DNA of 64,000 nucleotides, from contig NC_085842.1 of NCBI RefSeq assembly GCF_035594765.1, positions 243,113,747 through 243,177,746 on the forward strand. The letters run 5' to 3'. Source of the stretch: Anolis carolinensis. Lineage: Eukaryota. The notes under the pieces were generated by a model, which was given only the letters and a program-made list of their open reading frames with translations, had not been told where the DNA came from and searched no databases. The translations under genes and the position numbers were made by a program. This document shows, piece after piece, positions 59,662 through 64,000 of this stretch. How positions within the stretch are numbered: the stretch's first letter is position 1; every line of letters begins with the position of its first letter.

Positions 59662-61950
59662 TATTAGACGAACAGCTGTTTCCATGGAGAAAAAAGCAGC
59701 ATCTTTCTAAATAGTACTTTAAGGAACACCATGATCAAGCATTAGTGATTTGCATTGTTAGGTGCACATACTTGATTTTGGGATGTAGAAATGTTACTTC
59801 CTTTTACAGTTTCCTAAACTATTTTGAAACTCAGAGCAGATATACTATATGGAGACTTAGTATTTGTTCTGTTTAGTCCAAAAACAGAAAATAAGTTAAA
59901 TCTGGTCTCCTAGCATTCATAATTTAACAATTTACTCTTATTCTCGAGCAGAAGCTTTTTCCCTGAGCATCAGCACGTGACTGCATTAATGACTTCCCTA
60001 TTTCTGATTTGTCATGCTGGGTGGACATGTAACTCATTGGATCTGACAGCTGAGTAGGTGACATGTGAGCTGTTTGTTTCAGATGCATACGATCAATGCC
60101 ATTTTCAGTTTCTGTATCACACCATTTTATTCAGATCTCCCAAAAGTATGATATGTGATTTTAGATACTTATAATTGCATATTTTACATAGATAATTTGC
60201 CATCCTAAGGTCTTATAATGAAGACCAGCATTTAAATCAAGTCAATGATTTAAAACATAAATAAGTGATGATGCATTAATATTCACAACTTGCTATTGAT
60301 ATTGATCACTTCACTAGATGTGGGAAATAACTCAGCCTTCAGTTATACTTAATTTTGGTAGCTATACTTATCATTAATCAAGATGCTGGTTGACAACTTG
60401 CCTGAAGTCTGTCTTATACATATGTATGATTAGTACCAGTCCTAATATTATACAGAAGATTCAGCAGCTGCCTTGAATTCATTTCCAACTTTATTCATAA
60501 TATCTCATGTGATATTTTAGTTGACTTGGCTGTTTCCACCTAGGTTTGCTATTCTTTTCCTCTGACACCTGTGCACAAATTATTCCTGGAATTTCATCTC
60601 AAGTGAAGCCACATCATGCAGACACACATACAAATGTACAAAAACGAACTAATTTCCTTTACTTGTGGCTAGCACCTCAAATATTTTCTTAATATTGCAG
60701 AGAATCAGTAAGGGTTGGCAACCACTAAACCTGTGTCTACTCACATGACACCATTATTCTCATTGTTGCCTTACTCTTTTCAAATGAAGCTAGGAATTTT
60801 ATTGTCTAGACATGGTTTAGTTCACAGAATCTATTCTAGTAATCAACAGTATCCTTAAGGCAGCAATAGGATTAGAAAAAGGGGGTCTTGTCACATGTGA
60901 GGATTTACTTGGATTACAAACCAGCTCCCCATAAAGAGTCAGCTTAAGTTCACTGGAAGTAGCATAAATTCGAGAATTCCTGAAGCATCAGGTCTAATTA
61001 AAAAGTTTGATGGTTTTTCAGAAGTCAGGAGAAAGTTTGAGCACACTGGCTTTAAACAAAGTAGCTTCACACAAAGGAAGAATTAATAGCATTCCATCAA
61101 GATTTGAGTTGTAACCAGTCACAACCTAATAGTATACTGCATTATGACCCTTCATGAAGATTTAAACCTTTAAGTAATTAGGTAACAGGACAGCGGCAAG
61201 CTAGACAATGCACTTCCACTGTTTAAATATGAACAGGGACACCCTAATAAAAACAAGATGGAGCCCACCTGAAAGTCACAAAGCAACAAGCTGCTAGAAC
61301 ACTGTCTCTGGCACAATTTTAAAGAAATCAGTGGGAAAAAGAAAAGGAAAAGCAGCCAATAACTGCATTCTTATCTAAAGCCATTTTGGATTTTAAATTG
61401 TAGATATCATCACCACTATGAATTGAGAAAGAGACTCATATAGAGTGCTTGCAATTACCCAACCCTTATATGTCACTACAGGGGGAATTCAGATAAATGG
61501 ATATATATAATGTATAGGGGTAATTCAGATATAAGAAGGTTGCATTGGTTAGCCTGTACCATTCATTGGTAGTTTAACATGATTTACACATGTAAGGATT
61601 CCTCCATGGTGAGGACATGCCTGGGAGATAAGATCATGGAATATGAGAGAGCTAGCCAACACAACCTTCTGTTATTCTTACATCTGTTTTCAATGTTGGA
61701 TGGGGAAGGTGTCATCTGAACCCACTTTATAACAAGTAGCTATTGTTAAGTCTGATTCTCCAGAAACAGGGAGAGTTAGTACAGTAGTTGAACTGGGAAA
61801 ATGCATTAATTCAGGACAAGAATTCAAGTTACAGTTTAGCTTTGCTAATTTTCATATAATGGCCCCCCAAATTAGATATGATTCCAATTTTCATACAAAA
61901 ATGCCCTCTTTACATAGACAGCACTGTGTGTTCTCTTTTTTATTTATATA

Positions 61951-62278
61951 CAGTAGAGTCTCACTTATCCAACATTCGCTTATCCAACGTTCTGGATTAT
62001 CCAACGCATTTTTGTAGTCAATGTTTTCAATATACGTATCGTGATTTTTTGGTGCTAAATTCATAAATACAGTAATTACTACGTAGCATTACTGCATATT
62101 GAACTACTTTTCCTGTCAAATTTGTTGTATAACATGATGTTTTGGTGCTTAATTTGTAAAATCATAACCTAATTTGATGTTTAAATGGGCTTCTCCTTAA
62201 TATCTCCTTATTATCCAACATATTTGCTTATCCAACGTTCTGCCGCCCGGTTTATGTTGGATAAGAGAGACTCTACTG
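61951..62278. mobile_element. Tc1/mariner-superfamily MITE (orientation A)
   Basis: TIRs with TA TSD. Confidence 0.92.
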
Positions 62279-62405
62279 TATGTGTTTTTGATACAGGGGA
62301 TACCTGAAATCAAATCATACTAGAAACCAAATCACTTACCTTGAGTATTTTAATTGAAAATCATGGAGTCTCTTTTATAGAGAGAAAGGGGGAATAAATA
62401 AGCAT

Positions 62406-62448
<43 letters not shown>

Positions 62449-62454
62449 GCAACA
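62406..62454. repeat. (AAC)n microsatellite
   Basis: Direct reading. Confidence 0.97.
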
Positions 62455-63302
62455 CTCGAGTCTTTCAAACAGATTAAGTCATCATTACCCTCCCCCAAAC
62501 CAAAACCACATTCAGGGCTAAGTACTCTCTACTGGTTTCTCAAAATCAGTTTAATCCTTGAAAAATGTTGTAGTAACTGGGTGTCTTACACATGCAGTGG
62601 AACTGACACGCACCACAAGCAGAGGAAGCAACCAGCAACAAAAATGCCTGTTTGTCAAGGGAGTCAGCCTGTTGCTTGTACTGTAAGGGAAGAGATAGTG
62701 GAATTTGGCTGATTAGTCATATAAATTGTGCAAACAGACATATAAAGATTAACCTGCCATTTATTTTGGTTTGAATTATGAAAATGTTGAAATCTGTTAC
62801 TTCACTGGAATGCTTACTACCCATTGAAGAATTTCCAAAATTCAGTTTATGAACCAACTAACTCAAGAGTTTTGGAAGTATAATTAGTGAAAAGGTGGAG
62901 AACATAATAGCTTGGGCATCCATGTCTCTCAAGTTCAGTTTTTTCTTAACAGTACTCACTTTAAGTTTCCTGAATCAATTATACATATTCCTTTAAAAAC
63001 AGATTATGCACAATGTATTTAAGGAAATAGCTTTCAAATGAACCTTCTTAGGTCAGCAAATGAATGTCTGGTTAGATTTCTACGTATCACACAAACGAAG
63101 TCTATAAGTACACAAAGTAATCTAGAATGCCCAACACTTCAAAAGCAGATCAAAGCAAGGGACTTTGCTTTGAGTTATAATTCATCAGGAATATTGCCTT
63201 TTTAAATCAGGAAAGCAGTTCCTTATCAGTGTTAAGTTTGCTCACTTGGGGCCAAGTTGTTTCTGTCATTTGCAACACCTTGACCCAATGTTAAGAATAT
63301 GT

Positions 63303-63730
63303 CCTATATACTCACGTATTAATCTAGAAATTTTAGCCAAAATACCCAACCAAAAACCTGAGTCAACTTAACCATGGGTCAATGTAAGAACAGCACCTTA
63401 GCTATTATAAAAAAAAATAACAATTCCCTTCTCTAAAAAGAATGGCAAAAGGCAAGAGCTTAGCCCATTCTGGGAGAGCCTGAAAGAAGCACCAACCCTC
63501 TCTACCGTATCCACCATGGCACCACTTCTGGACTTTTTGAACGCCCGGGTGGGAACATAGTTGCAGTAGTAGCCAGTCACTTGGCCCCTCTCAGATGACA
63601 TTGGTGCTTTCTCCTCGTTGTAGAATGATCCTTGATTTATATGCAGACCACATCAAAATTCACAATTCTGATTCCAAAGCCTGCCCATGGCTTATACATG
63701 GGGTTGACTTCTAGGACAATATATATAGTA
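63303..63730. mobile_element. Degenerate Tc2/pogo-type non-autonomous element
   Basis: ctatatactcacgtattaa start; gactt..atatatatagta end; repeated gactta motifs. Confidence 0.55.
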
Positions 63731-64000
63731 ACTTTCAAGGCCAGCACTCCCCACATTCAATTTTCCTCTGATCTCCCTAATTACATTTCTATGCTAATCA
63801 CACACTTATCCAAAATTCTGGATGGCAGTCCACGTATCTAATAAAGAGAACTATAACTCATGAAAACTCATGCTGTAATATTTTTCTAGTTTCTAGGGTG
63901 CTTCCTGTTGGCTTTGCTTTGTAATTTATTCACAATTTGGAATGACAAAATACTATATACAGGCTGGTTTTGCTGCATGAGACTCTGCACTGTATTTATA

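Larger units (their letters stand above)
3009..64000 (-). other. KANK1: Probable large 5'UTR intron of KANK1; may contain alternative first exons
   Basis: The exon begins with a splice acceptor, so an upstream exon must lie to the right. No CpG island or other coding exon is seen. Most long LINE/LTR pieces are antisense to the minus strand. Confidence 0.55.

Noticed and set aside
15615-62345. Isolated strong minus-strand donors (about 15623, 35470, 54283, 62339)
   Set aside because: No supported partner acceptor, promoter or ORF; expected by chance in 60 kb.
1-64000. CRISPR array, operon, prophage or other prokaryotic system
   Set aside because: Vertebrate intronic DNA with no regularly spaced repeats or gene-dense regions.

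Overview
This is eukaryotic, AT-rich vertebrate DNA. Its repeat content (Sauria SINEs, an Anolis-type tRNA SINE, young L2, CR1, R4/Dong, Penelope, SPIN-type hAT, Chapaev3) points to a squamate, most likely an Anolis lizard. I find only one convincing exon: a 115-nt minus-strand exon (3008-2894) with a clean acceptor and donor, carrying 78 nt of 5'UTR and a 37-nt phase-1 coding start (MAHPVNINGGST). This matches my recollection of the first coding exon of KANK1. The rest of the window is therefore most likely KANK1 intron: a large 5'UTR intron to the right and the next intron to the left. It is filled with truncated LINEs, SINEs, MITEs and one or two solo LTRs. All longer ORFs in the track are TE remnants or noise; there are no prokaryotic features. 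The most interesting signals are: (1) three uORFs in the KANK1 exon, two stop/start pentamers, and one uORF overlapping the main ATG; (2) an R4/Dong insertion with a twin-priming-like 5' inversion; (3) a ~240-bp template-switch palindrome around a hAT MITE; (4) a triple nest of Chapaev3, Tc1/mariner MITE and solo LTR; (5) decayed Penelope hammerhead-ribozyme motifs; (6) MITEs resembling mammalian Tigger4. I cannot claim a new biological system from this sequence. Family names come from recognition, not from a database search.
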